Of a stretch of DNA of 64,000 nucleotides, positions 50,671 to 62,889 are shown one piece after another; the stretch's first letter is position 1; each line of letters begins with the position of its first letter. Origin of the DNA: Octopus vulgaris (lineage: Eukaryota); assembly GCA_951406725.2 (NCBI GenBank), contig OX597829.1, forward strand, positions 30,938,001 to 31,002,000. Reading direction: 5' to 3'. Position numbers and translations under genes: made by a program. Under the pieces are notes generated by a model. The model was given only the letters and a program-made list of their open reading frames with translations. It did no database searches and was not told the DNA's origin.

Positions 50671-52050
50671 GTGATTTTTTTAATTTCCCACAAGAGGACA
50701 ACATAGATAAAGGACAATACAATCTGATTGGGGTCAGATGGCCAAATGGATATTACATTAAGATGAAATTAAAAATTCACAAAATAAAATATAAATAAAT
50801 TGAATGATAGGACAGACCAGAAGACATTATGGATAGAGTGGGGATGCAGGTTCAATTCAGACCCCACGAGCCCCACCTTGCCACTGATACCTGAGATATG
50901 TCCTGCATCGCATTCATGAAGTTACATCCACGTGCCATATCCGTGCTACATTCTTTCATCGATTTTCAAGCATTTTCACAGTCTGGTATTTTCTCTCTAG
51001 CCCTATCTTCCTTTCAAGGTGCAAGGTGAAATAATTCACCAACTCAGGGCCAGAGATGAAAATGCTTGACTTTAAATTCTTTCAGCCTCATCTTCCAAAT
51101 CACCTCTCTCGCAATTGCTACTACAGTGAGAAAACAATTCTTATCTTCTTTCGAAAGGAAATTAGGTGGGTCAATTTTTACTATAGACTCAGTTGATAGC
51201 TGTACTCTTCCAGTACTTGACAACAGTTGTTCAGCATAAGCCCACATGTCTGACACCTCCGAACACTGAACAGTAGCATGCAGGACAGTTTCCCTATCCC
51301 GCTCACATCTTGGACAGGTCAAAGGACCGCGGCCTCCATGCCTTGTGAGCTTGTCCCAAACAAGTAAGGCTTCTCGGTAACATTGCCATGCCAGAGACTT
51401 CTGAAAGTTGTCCAGGGTCTTCGGTCCGAAAGTATGTCGGAACAGACTGGCCAGCTGATTATTGTCGAGACCTAGGATTTCCTCTGAGGTATCGTCACAT
51501 TCCGTCTCTACAAGCTCTCTATAAAAGAATGTGGTGGAACCTCCACTGCAGGCATTGCCTGAGCAACAGAATAGCAGGAGAGCCTTGCGACACTCCATAA
51601 ACCACGTACCCAACTTCGATCTTCGATAGAACCAGGTTTTCTGTCCACCAAAACTAGTGAACTTGGGAAACATCCATTTTGTCAGCGGAGACCACACACA
51701 TTCACCATCCTGGTAGAGCCACAGATGCCTCAACCTCAACGCATGTCTGCGCATCAATAACCAAGGCATCCCTAGCCCATCCTTTAACAGTTATTGGCAG
51801 CAAACAAAGCGTCTCACAAGCGGTTTCGAGCCCTTCCACAAGAAGTGGAAGAGCTGTCTTTCCAGCTTGATCAACCACAAATCAGGGCAAGGAACGATGG
51901 TTAGGCGGTATGTGATGACTGATGCGATGAACACATTGGCTACCTCTTCCCTTCCTTTCAGGGATAGCCACTGCCAAGACCAGGTCTTGACTATGTGGGT
52001 CACCCTGCTCGATACCTCGGCCCAATAGTTATGGAGCCATTGCAGATTTC
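50671..52050 (-). mobile_element. L1/Tx1-clade LINE 3' fragment with zf-RVT region
   Basis: ORF 51791..52075 (WSWQWLSLKGR..FHFLWKG) and ORF 51044..51769 (CPRCERDRETVLHATVQC). Confidence 0.9.
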
Positions 52051-52852
52051 TGATAGTTGTTAAAGAGGATAACAAGCATTAAGGTAAGGCAAACATCTTA
52101 AGTCATATACAATGTTATTGGAAAAAATTCAAAGTCTTACAGCTGTTTCTGGGATATCCCTGAGTATGGGATATTTTGACATTAGAGACAAATAGGGAAA
52201 AATAGGGAAAATGAGAATGGTATAAATTGATATGACAACAGAGAGGGAGGGAGTAAAAGAATTGGGAGATGGAAAGAAAGAAAAAAAAAGAAGAAAAAGG
52301 AAGCATAAAAGTTCATAGTTCAACTTTCCAAAGTTATAGAAACAAGAGCATGAGTCCTTAGGAGCAATCCTGCATAGATCCATGTGTGTTAAAATCTTGA
52401 TATAGTAGACATCCAGAGAAAGATGTGAATATTCAATAACAATATTTTCCAATAATAATATTGTATACAACTTGAGATATTTGCCTTAACTTAATGTTTG
52501 TTATTCTCTTTTACAACTATACATGCACACACACACACACATGATGACGATGAAATATATTTATATATACACATGTGTGCATCTGTGTGTAATTTTGTTA
52601 GGAAATACCAAATTTTGTTTTATTCAATAAACAAGGTGGGGGGAATCTTCTCTTAAATAATTTTCAGTAACAATTGACAGTTTAAGGTCGAAGATTAGCT
52701 CTCACTTGATGAAATCAATAGCGCTTTCAAAAGTGATTGTTTAAAAATTATTTAAAAGAGAATTAGAGTAAATTCATAGGTTTATCTTTTCAGAAGTTGT
52801 CTAGACTCCAGTTTGTGTTGGTTTAGATATACAGCAGTAAATTTCATTCTGG

Positions 52853-52901
<49 letters not shown>

Positions 52902-53304
52902 CAAAAAGAGTTGTCAATGATGTATTATTGATGATGCTTTTGTTGTTTCCATTGTTGTTGTTGATGTTAGTGTTCTTGTTTTCATTGTTGTTTCCAGATT
53001 TAAAATAGTCCCAGTCATGACCACTCCATCTTTTATTGAGTTTAAGTGGCTATATTGACCAGTGTGACTTTCAGATAATAGATAATGATTTGAAGGGAAT
53101 TTGAAGGGAGTTGATATTTCTTGGAGGTATCTGTACAGAGATATCTTATTGGTGATAGATTTAAAGAAAAAAAAATGGCCTTTGGTATATTTGGAATAAA
53201 TCTAGTTTTAAGAAATAAAGAATTGCGTTATTGTTTCTTATATCTGATCTATTGTACATGTATGAGAGCCATTGTTGACTCAGAAGAAATTCAGGTATAA
53301 TGCT

Positions 53305-53858
53305 TACAGAGTGCATTGAAGTTTGTATGGGTGGTTGACATTAAGAAGAGCATCCAGCTGTAAAAACCATGCCTAAACAGACACAGAAGTATAGAATAGG
53401 TGCCTGTCTGGTCAGCTCCTGCCAAACTGTCCAACCCATGCCAGCATGGAAAGCAGATGTTAAACGATGATGATGAGGCATGGCTGTTTGGTACGAAGCT
53501 TGCTTCCCAACCACATGGTTCCAGGTTCAGTCCCACCACATGGCACCTTGGGTTAGTGTTGTCTACAATAGACTTCAACTGACCAAAGCCTTGTGAGTGG
53601 ATTTGGTAGATGGAAATTGGAAGAAGAATATATACATGTATATATTTGTGTGTGTGTGTCTGTGTTTGTCCCCCTGTCATCACTTGACAACCGACGATGG
53701 TGTGTTTCCGTCCCCCATAACTTAGCAGTTCGGCAAAAAAGTCTGATAGAATAAGTACTAGGCTTACAAAGAATAAGTCCTGGGATCAATTTCTTCAACT
53801 AACATCCTTTAAGGTGGTGCTCCAGCATGGCTGCAGTCAAAGTAAAAGAATAAAAGAA
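53305..53858 (+). mobile_element. SINE-C (53305-53476) directly followed by SINE-A (53477-53858)
   Basis: Homology to other copies. SINE-A begins at the GAT tail. Confidence 0.85.
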
Positions 53859-53867
53859 TATATATAC

Positions 53868-54100
53868 AGAGAGGGGGTGAGAGAAAGAGAGAGGGGTGAG
53901 AGAGGAAAGAGGAGTGAGAGAGGAGAGAGGGGAGAGGGGTAAGAGAGAAGAGAGGGTGAGAGAGGAGAGTGGGGAGAGAGGGTGAGAGAGGAGAGAGGAG
54001 AGAAGGTGAGAGAGGAGAGAGGAGAGAAGGGTGAGAGAGGAGAGAGGGGTGAGAGAGGAGAGAGGGAAGAGGGGTGAGAGAGGAGATAGGGGGTGAGCGA
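53868..54100. repeat. Purine-rich GA minisatellite (GGTGAGAGAGGAGAG)n
   Basis: Direct inspection. Confidence 0.9.
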
Positions 54101-55482
54101 AAGGGTAAGCATTAAACCCCAAGGTTCAACTGGTACTTATTTTTATTGACACCAAAAGGACGAAAGGCAAAATCACCTTTGGAAGAATGTAACAAATCAG
54201 AAGAACTAATGCAAAAGCAATTTTTCCAATGCTGTAACGACTGACAGCACACCACAACCCCAAGAAATTAAATAAAATATCATCATCACAATTCTTCAAC
54301 CTGCTGCAATCACATCACTCAAAATACATTGAGAATTCCTATCATTGAGTATTAGATTCATGATCGTAAGATTGTGCTTTCGATTTCTGGGTTGGGAGAT
54401 GTATTGTGTTCTTGAATAAAACACTTCGTTTCACATCACTCCAGTTCAATCAACTTGTGTAAAGTGAGTAATCGTGCAATGGACTGATGTTCTATCCAGG
54501 GAGGAATATATATGCCAGATAAACTGTGTGGACTAACCATCACAACACTTGCATTTGGTTTCCTGAATTAGTCATAACAAGAACTTAGTGAGACAAAGAT
54601 AAAAACTCATCATTCATTCTTTGAACCTTTTATGTGTGAGCTACCAATCCCAACCAGTCAAGTTGGGTTGTATATTTCATCCTTTCAATTACTAAATATA
54701 AAATATGGCTCTGTGAGACCTTCATTCAGATGATTTTCATGAGACACCATCTCATCTTTGAATGCTAATCCATCACAAGATTAGCCATTGAATTTCTAAT
54801 TAGCTGCATGTATTGGTGCAATGTGAAACTAAGTGTTTTGTTCAAGAGCATAACAAGTCAGTTCTCCATAACCAGTCAGGGAATCATAAACCAAAATCTT
54901 ACAATTGTGAGTGCAACAACCTAACCACTCAGACACCCATAAACTGATTAGTTGTTACAAGAAGTTTTAACATCAACTGGAACTTAGACTATATTTCCTT
55001 TTCTAGGAAGGCAGGTGGGACTCTTAAATTTGTTGTAACACTGCTTGATACCCAGTTTGTAACACTAAAGCAACATCTCCAACAGACAGAGGGAGGAAAA
55101 AACTGCTTAACAGCTATCTTATTCAATAGAAATGAAAACATCATTAAGTTAGATAGTGAACTTGAAAAGGGAGGTATGAAATTGAGATCTATATAGCTCT
55201 CACTCCCTAAGGAATATACTCAAGGGAGAAAAGGAACAAAGTCTGCAAGACCTGCTTAAAATGTAAAGAGAGTGTGACTGTGCAAAGTAATGAAAAAACA
55301 AGACAGCCATCTTATTTGAATATATATATATGTGTGTGTGTATATGTATATTTATATTTGCTATATATATATCTATATATATTATATATCGTATATATTA
55401 TATATGTATACATTATATATATATATGATACATTATGTATATAATTGCCACAGACACACACACTCACATGAACACACATACA

Positions 55483-55515
<33 letters not shown>

Positions 55516-56143
55516 GCACACACATATACATATATGTAGAACAATTTAAATTATATGACATGAAATGAGTATTTAGATCTCTGCATGAATCTTTTTACAT
55601 TGAAAAAGAAATCTGAGTAGAGAACTTATGTATTATAATCAAAATTTTGTCCTGGTGGTTTCCATAACTACAAAGATCACAGCGTACTCACAGGAAAAAA
55701 AACAAAAAAACAAAAAAAACAAAAAAACATGGATTTGGTTTTGAAATTCTGTAATTATGTCAACTCTTATGTGTTTTAGAGAAGATTATGTTTGATTTAT
55801 GTATTGCAAGTCTAATACATTTCCTACATCTTCTCTTCAATCGAGATTCTTTCAGAAAATGTCTTTGATGAAGTGAACATGTAAGAAATACACCTTAAGT
55901 GGCTATGTGTATTGCTTCCATCAGACATAAATATGTACATATATATATTTAAATCAATGATGGTGTACAGTAAGATCCATGATGGTAGAATCCGAGAAGT
56001 ATAAAGTGTTTCAATGGTAATTCGGGTGGAGTGATGTAGAATGGTTCAGGAGAAATAGTAAAGGTCTAAGAAGAAGGTAGGAAATGAAATGAAGGTCCAA
56101 GGGAGGAGGATGTTCAGTCAGGCAAGATCAAACTTGCCTGACT

Positions 56144-56380
56144 GAAGGCGGCAAGCTGGCAGAAACGTTAGCATGCCTGGTGAAATGCTTAGTGGTATTT
56201 CATCTGCTGTTATATTCTGAGTTCAAATTCCACCGAGGTTGACTTTGCCTTTCATCCTTTCGAGATCTATAAATTAAGTACAAATTACGCACTGGGGTCG
56301 ATGTGGTTGACTTAATCCCTTTGTCTGTCCTTGTTTGTCTCCTCTATATTTAGCCAGCCCCTTGTGGGCAATAAAGAAAT
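56144..56380 (+). mobile_element. SINE family B with 13-bp TSD
   Basis: TSD AAGATCAAACTTG at 56124-56136 and 56381-56393. Confidence 0.92.
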
Positions 56381-56431
56381 AAGATCAAACTTGGTGCCCA
56401 CGTGAGTGTATATTATCTATAGCTCAAAATT

Positions 56432-56686
56432 GTACAAAAGACAAAAAACAAAAAGTGAAGGAACAACAAACAAGGTGTATTAGCTTGACACATGCAACCA
56501 TTAATCCAAACATTTTTTCTTCTCTCTCTCTGCATTTTTTATTTTACTGTTCTCCATCTGTTTTTTTCTCCTCATTCCTTTCTATAGAAGAGCATAGGTT
56601 TGAAATGTCAAAGACTCTTCCACTTTTCCTAAGTGTCAAACAAATACTCCTTGTTTATTTTCCCTCGCTTGTCTAAGCCTTTTGTG
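56432..56686 (+). mobile_element. Family X element with inverted end and decayed HHR-like motif
   Basis: 56432-56490 is roughly the reverse complement of 56633-56686. Motif at 56578-56613. Confidence 0.6.
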
Positions 56687-56728
56687 TGCAAGTGCGTGTG
56701 CATGCGTGCACACACACACACACACAAG

Positions 56729-58555
56729 TACAATAAGTTGACAAAAATTAACTGCACTTTTGCAAAAACTTTCTTTATGAAGGCTGTGTATGCTAAAAGG
56801 TGTCACTCTTGTAGTTACATAACTGAGATTTAATCATGATCACTCCACTTTTCTATCTTGTGTTATTGGAGATATACTTACAAAAGACTGGAAATGAATG
56901 ATACTGCTTGTATGACAGTGACACTAATTGTACATCATCATGCAATTAGAAGTTAAAGGTAGAGTACCCCTCCACACACACACACACATCAAAGTTATAC
57001 TGGGACGGGATTTTCTATGTCTGGATACTCTACTTATCACCAGCCCCTATTTGTTTACAAGTCAGGTAATCTGCTAGTATATCAAACAATGACTCTTGTA
57101 GTTACATAACTGAGATTTGATCATGATCACTCCACTTTTCTATCTTGTGTTACAGAGTAAACTTAGCTGCTCCACTGGCAGTGTGCACCAAGGAAGAACA
57201 GAGATCAGTGATCTGTTGTCTCTGGTCTGAAGGTGTGTCAGAGACTGAAATTCATCACAGACTTTCAGTACAATATGAAAACAGAGCTTTAGTGAGTAAA
57301 AGTATATATGAGTGGATCGAGAAGTTTAAAAATGGGCAGACAAGTGTGAAGTATGAAGAAGGAGCAGGATGCTCCAAATTTCTACCACTGATGTGAAGAT
57401 TCTTATTTATTTACTGCCCACAAGGAGCTACACACAGAGGGGACAAACAAGGACAGACAAACGGATTAAGTTGATGATATCAACCCCAGTGCATAACTGA
57501 TACTTATTTAATCAACCCCGAAAGGATGAAAGGCAAAGTTGACCTCGGTGGAATTTGAACTCAGAATGTAGCGGCAGACGAAATACCACTAAGCATTTCG
57601 TCCGGCGTGCTAACATTTCTTTTCTGCCAGCTTGCCGCCTTCACTGATGTGAAGATTCAACAAGCTCCATTGACAGTTCTGGCAAGCCAATGAGTGACGA
57701 TCAAGGAGGTGGTATGTTCTTTGCAAATTAGTTGTGGTTTTGCATATGAAATCATCCAAGAAAAGCTTTGCTCCCATAAAGTCCATGTGAGATGGGTACC
57801 AAGAGACCCTACTGAAGCATATAAGTGCAGTTGTGTGGAGATCTGTCAATACTGACTTGACCACTACAGTGGCAAACGTGAAGCTTTTTTGGAGAGAATA
57901 GTCACAGTAGAAGAGATATAGGTCTATCACTTTTAGCCAGAATCTGAAAGGAAGTGTGAAGTGGAAACACCTGGAGTCATCAGCGAAAAAGAAATTCAAG
58001 ACTTGACTTAATGCAGAAAAAGTGACACTAACCATTTTTACAGGTGTATAAGGGCCTGTGGTGGAACGTTACCTGGAAAAGGGGTCTACAGTCACAGTGT
58101 AGTTTGTAGTGAAATACTCTCCAACAAACTGGAACCAGTAATTTACACCAAACACTGAGGTTTATTGTCAAAGCAAGTGTTAATATTGCACAACGATGCA
58201 CATCCACATATGGCTGCCCACACCATTGAAACTATTGAAATATTGGGTTTTGAGTTGCTGGAATACTCTGCATTCAGTTCAGATCTCCCCACCTCTGACT
58301 ATCATCTCTTTGGGATGTTCAAACATCATTTACAAGGTTGATTTGTTATGGAAGAAGATATGCAAGAAGTAGTGCATAAATGACTGCATGACCAACTGAA
58401 AACCTTCAATGGAATTAGCAAGTTTATGGACCATTGAAAGAAGTGCATAAAAAAGCAAGGAGACTATGCCATTGCCATAAAGTGATGCAATTATTCAACC
58501 CATGCTTTTGCTTTAATAAATTACAGAAACAAGAGTGCGCATACTTTTTAGCCTG
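56729..58555 (+). mobile_element. Near full-length decayed mariner with two insertions
   Basis: CTKEEQRSVI..IYEWIEKFKNGQTSV, WVPR, LHNDAHPH and YSAFSSDLPTSDYHLFG remnants. Confidence 0.88.
57403..57641 (-). mobile_element. SINE family B inserted in the mariner, 17-bp TSD
   Basis: CACTGATGTGAAGATTC at 57386-57402 and 57642-57658. Confidence 0.93.
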
Positions 58556-58756
58556 AAACCATACAGTCTGGTGGTCGTGTCGTCTGCTAGAAGATGCTAA
58601 GGGTTTGCTCCTCTGCTTGCAATATATATTAGGTGCAGATTGCATTGATAACCAGCTGGAGGAGGTTCCTTTTGGGGTTAAAAATGGTAGTAACATCAGT
58701 TCCTATGGAACAGTCATATTGATATAGTGATAAACATTATATATACACATACATAC

Positions 58757-58803
<47 letters not shown>

Positions 58804-58811
<8 letters not shown>

Positions 58812-59078
58812 AATATGTTACTTTACTCAGTAGTCAAGATAAAACTCTGAGTTTCAGATGCCGAGTGGAAATCCACAACACCATCTCTTCGGTTATCTGG
58901 CTATTTGAAAACGCGTTTTCAAATAGCCAGATGGTGTTGTGGATTTCCACTTCGGCATCTGAAACTCAGAGTTTTATCTTGACTACCGAGTAAAGTAACA
59001 TATTATTGTATAGATAAATTTCCTCTATTTACATAATATTGAGGTCTCTTTCTTTCTTTTGTTATCTTACCGTTTTAT

Positions 59079-59081
<3 letters not shown>
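58804..59081. mobile_element. Palindromic HHR-family element in (TA)n, same family as 15601-15835
   Basis: Spacer-less inverted arms 58804-58913 and 58914-59012, centred on AAAACGCGTTTT. The left core reads CCGAAGA and the right arm lacks 12 bp including the core. Confidence 0.85.
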
Positions 59082-59121
<40 letters not shown>

Positions 59122-60322
59122 ACAATTAAGGATAACTTCTTAATAAGGAGTCTTAACAAGAAATTATCAGGTAGATAGCGTGAAAAATCTCATAAGAGAA
59201 AAATTTCGAAAATAATTCTTTCTTATTGAACATATTAATTTATATTATATAGAGGGCATTATTACATATAAATGCCTCACGCTAAGAGGGACATAAGTAA
59301 TTTCTACCAAAAAATTTTACTAATCATACCCAATGCAGTTTTTCAAAGCAAGACATTTAAAAAATGAATTTAGTCTTAGAGAGAGAGAGAGAGAGAGAAA
59401 TAAATACAAATAACAAGGAAACAACAAGAGTCTGTGGGACATTCACAATTTGTATTATTAAATTGACATTCCATGAAGGAAAATTAGTTATCAAGCAAAA
59501 GTAAAATGATTCTAATATAGTCTTTTGTTGGATTTTAGAGGAAACTCCTGGAGAGACTGGGCAAAGAAGAAAGAGAGGAAAAGAGATATAAAAAAAAGAA
59601 GATAACCAGGAAAAAAATTCACTTGTGGATTAGACTCATATGACTTCTGACTAAGCAGAAGTGTGAGAGTTAATTGTGGTTTTAATGACTGTCACATAAA
59701 AGGAAGGAAGAAGGCGATATGATAATGAACTACCTATTAGAATGCCTCATGGTCCCAGCAGACAAAATGGAAAAGCGTTGCCCTGGAGGATGGCATGGGA
59801 GATATGCTGGAACAGCCACTCTGACTCATGAGGTTCGCAGATACAGAAGTGCCTGTTGATACGTGTGCATGTGTGTGTTTGTGTACATGTATCTATGGTA
59901 TATATGAGTGTATTTGTTCATGTATGTATGCCTTCTTCCTTTCATTATTTAATTATTTATGTATTTATCGAACAGTTTAGTAAGCATACTATTGAAAAGT
60001 ATACATTATTCAAGTGATCCTCCAACTTTAATTTTTTTTTTTTCCTCAAACAGTCCAAAGATAATTGTAGTTTTAAGTTAATCTGTATGAAAACAGGTTC
60101 CCAGATTTCAAAGCAGTTTGATAAGTGCCACACACAAAACTCTCAACCCTTCAATCTCTTTGTCGCTTTTGCCAATTAAAAATAGATAACATGCACTCAT
60201 GTTTAAGTCTTACCGATCTTGCATGCACTACAAACCTATATATATATATATATACACACATATAGATACATAGATGGACAGACAGATAGTTATGTGTGTG
60301 TGTGTGTGAGTATATATATACT

Positions 60323-60437
<115 letters not shown>

Positions 60438-60449
60438 AGTATATATATA

Positions 60450-61352
60450 CGTGGTCTGATAAATAATTATCCAGACTGTTGCCATAGTAATGAAACTAAA
60501 GCATGCAGAGTGAAGCCACTTGGCAAAGATTGACCATGAACTCTGCTGTGCATGCACACTAATTTTGACATTTAAGCTTACTTCTGCTGTTTACAGCAGT
60601 ACTTGGAAAGAAGGTGTGTAGCATGTGATCAATGCTTTGACAATGACAGAGCAAATTTTGCCAAAAGCTTGGTGATACTTGCCCAGAGGCCTATGCAGAG
60701 TTTTCAAAGAGTTTTTATCATTCTCAACACAATCAAGGAGATCTTGTACAACTGAAACCCAAGTGTCCATTTGATCAGCTGAAAGTAGTTTTGGCACAAA
60801 CTTGGCAGATACGCATCTCACACACAAATCTTCAGTGATAATGGACTGAACTGTAACTAATCTGATAACTTATGGATGGTGATTCAATGATTTCCCCTCA
60901 CAGCTGCATGCAGATCTGCAATTTTTTTCTCATTTCTCTTGGTTGAGGGTCTCTCAGAATGTTTGTCAATATCGACATTTTTTTGTCTAGCTTGACAATG
61001 TCTGAACCACTCATACATTTGTGTGCAGCTCATACATTCCTCTCCATACCCTTTCTACAACTCTGCATCAGACTCTGTCATGGTCAATGCGACAGTCACA
61101 TGCTACATACCTTTCTTCCAAGCACTGCTGTAAACAATGGAAGTGAGCTGGAACTTTAAAACATAGTGTGCATGCACAACAGAATTTAAGGTCAATGTTT
61201 GCCAAGAGGCTTCACGCTGCATGCTTTAACTTTGCTTCTATGGGTTTTGAGTTGCTGGAATACTCTGCATTCAGTTCAGATCTCCCCACCTCTGACTATA
61301 ATCTCTTTGGGATGTTCAAACATCAGTCTAAATACTTATTGATCATACCTTA
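60450..61352. mobile_element. Second copy of the two-5'-end mariner derivative
   Basis: Colinear with 30233-31130. Carries an 85-bp insertion in the right arm. Confidence 0.9.
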
Positions 61353-61358
61353 TATAAG

Positions 61359-61391
<33 letters not shown>

Positions 61392-61428
61392 CATCATCAT
61401 CATCGTTTAGCGTCCGTTTTCCATGCTA

Positions 61429-61459
<31 letters not shown>

Positions 61460-61509
61460 ATATATGTATATATATATGTATGTATATATATATATATATA
61501 TATACATAG

Positions 61510-61700
61510 GTTCTTTTATTCTTATAAACTTTTGTGTTTCAGTCATTTGACTGTGGCCATGCTGGAGCACTGACTTTAGCTGAACAAACCAACCCCAGGA
61601 CTTATTCTTTGTAAGCCTAGTACTTATTTTATTGGTATCTTTTGCCAAACTGCTAAGTTATGGGGATGTAAACACACCAACATCAGTTGTCAGCAATGGA
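61510..61700 (-). mobile_element. SINE family A, 3' half
   Basis: Reverse complement of the SINE-A tail. Confidence 0.85.
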
Positions 61701-62214
61701 GTAAGTGACAAATGCTGACACACACAGATATATACACATATATATGTGTGTGTGTGTATATATATGTATATATATATAAAGTGTATATATATATATATTT
61801 ATACACGCACACATATATATCAAGTATATGTGTGTGTGTGTGTGTGTGTATAAATATATGTATATACGTATATACACACACATTTAATTTTAAATTAAAT
61901 TCTATACATAGAAAATAGATTCATATGTAAATACAAACACACACATACATATGTACACACGCACACATACATATGTACGTATGTACATCTGCATGAACAT
62001 ACATACATTCATACATATATACATACATACAAACATACATATGTACCTAAATTCATAGATACATAAATCATACTGACTACAAATGTAAATTATGGATGCA
62101 CAAGAGATGAAGCATGACCACGAACATTCTTACAGAGAGATATTTCAATAATAGCAGATGCATCAGAATAATCAGCAGTAAGAACATCCATGAAATAATA
62201 TTTTTGTAATGCGT

Positions 62215-62645
62215 AGAGAGTTCCATAGAAGGTGTTAATAGTTTCTCTTACCTCGGTGACCTGATCAACACTGGAGGTGATTTACTCTGAAAGCATGGTA
62301 ACCAAGGAATGAATGGAGTTATGAAAAGTTGAGGGAGCTGTTGCTCTCATACAGTCTACTCTTTTATGCCAACATTGGCAACAATTTACCTGTTGTTGCC
62401 CTTGTTGGTAGAAAATGGTAAACTGAATGATGTTTGTATGTCAAATAAGATGATGCATGGTAGCAAAACATGGGCGCTGAAAGTAGAGGATGTGCAAAGA
62501 TTGGAGGGAAATGGAATAAGCATGGTTTTCTTGAATGTGTTATGTTTCTATATATAAGAACAACTGAGCTCAAGCAAGTAGGGAGAAAACCTGGGTATTA
62601 GATGATTCAGCTGTTGTGTGATTTGATGAAATCTATGATAGACAT
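62215..62645 (+). mobile_element. Decayed RTE LINE RT C-terminal fragment
   Basis: VNSFSYLGDLINTGG and MHGSKTWALKVEDVQRLE. Confidence 0.8.
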
Positions 62646-62650
62646 GTGTG

Positions 62651-62715
<65 letters not shown>

Positions 62716-62889
62716 ATGTGTGTGTGCATGTGTGTGTGTGTGTGTATGTGTATGTGTGTGTGCATGTGTGTACATGTGTGTGTGTGTGTGTGCATGTGTG
62801 TGTGTGTGTGTGTATGTGTGTGTGCATGTGTGTGTGTGCATGTGTGTGTGTGTGCATGTGCGTGTGTGCATGTGTGTGTGTGTGTGTGT
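62645..62889. repeat. (TG)n microsatellite
   Basis: Direct inspection. Confidence 0.95.

Noticed and set aside
52129-52470. 113-aa minus-strand ORF as a possible host exon
   Set aside because: It has a non-ATG start, a low-complexity pyrimidine-rich half and no recognisable domain.
52699-52760. HHR-like outline TTGATGA..AAAAATTATTTA
   Set aside because: Both core boxes are mutated in very AT-rich sequence, so a chance match is plausible.
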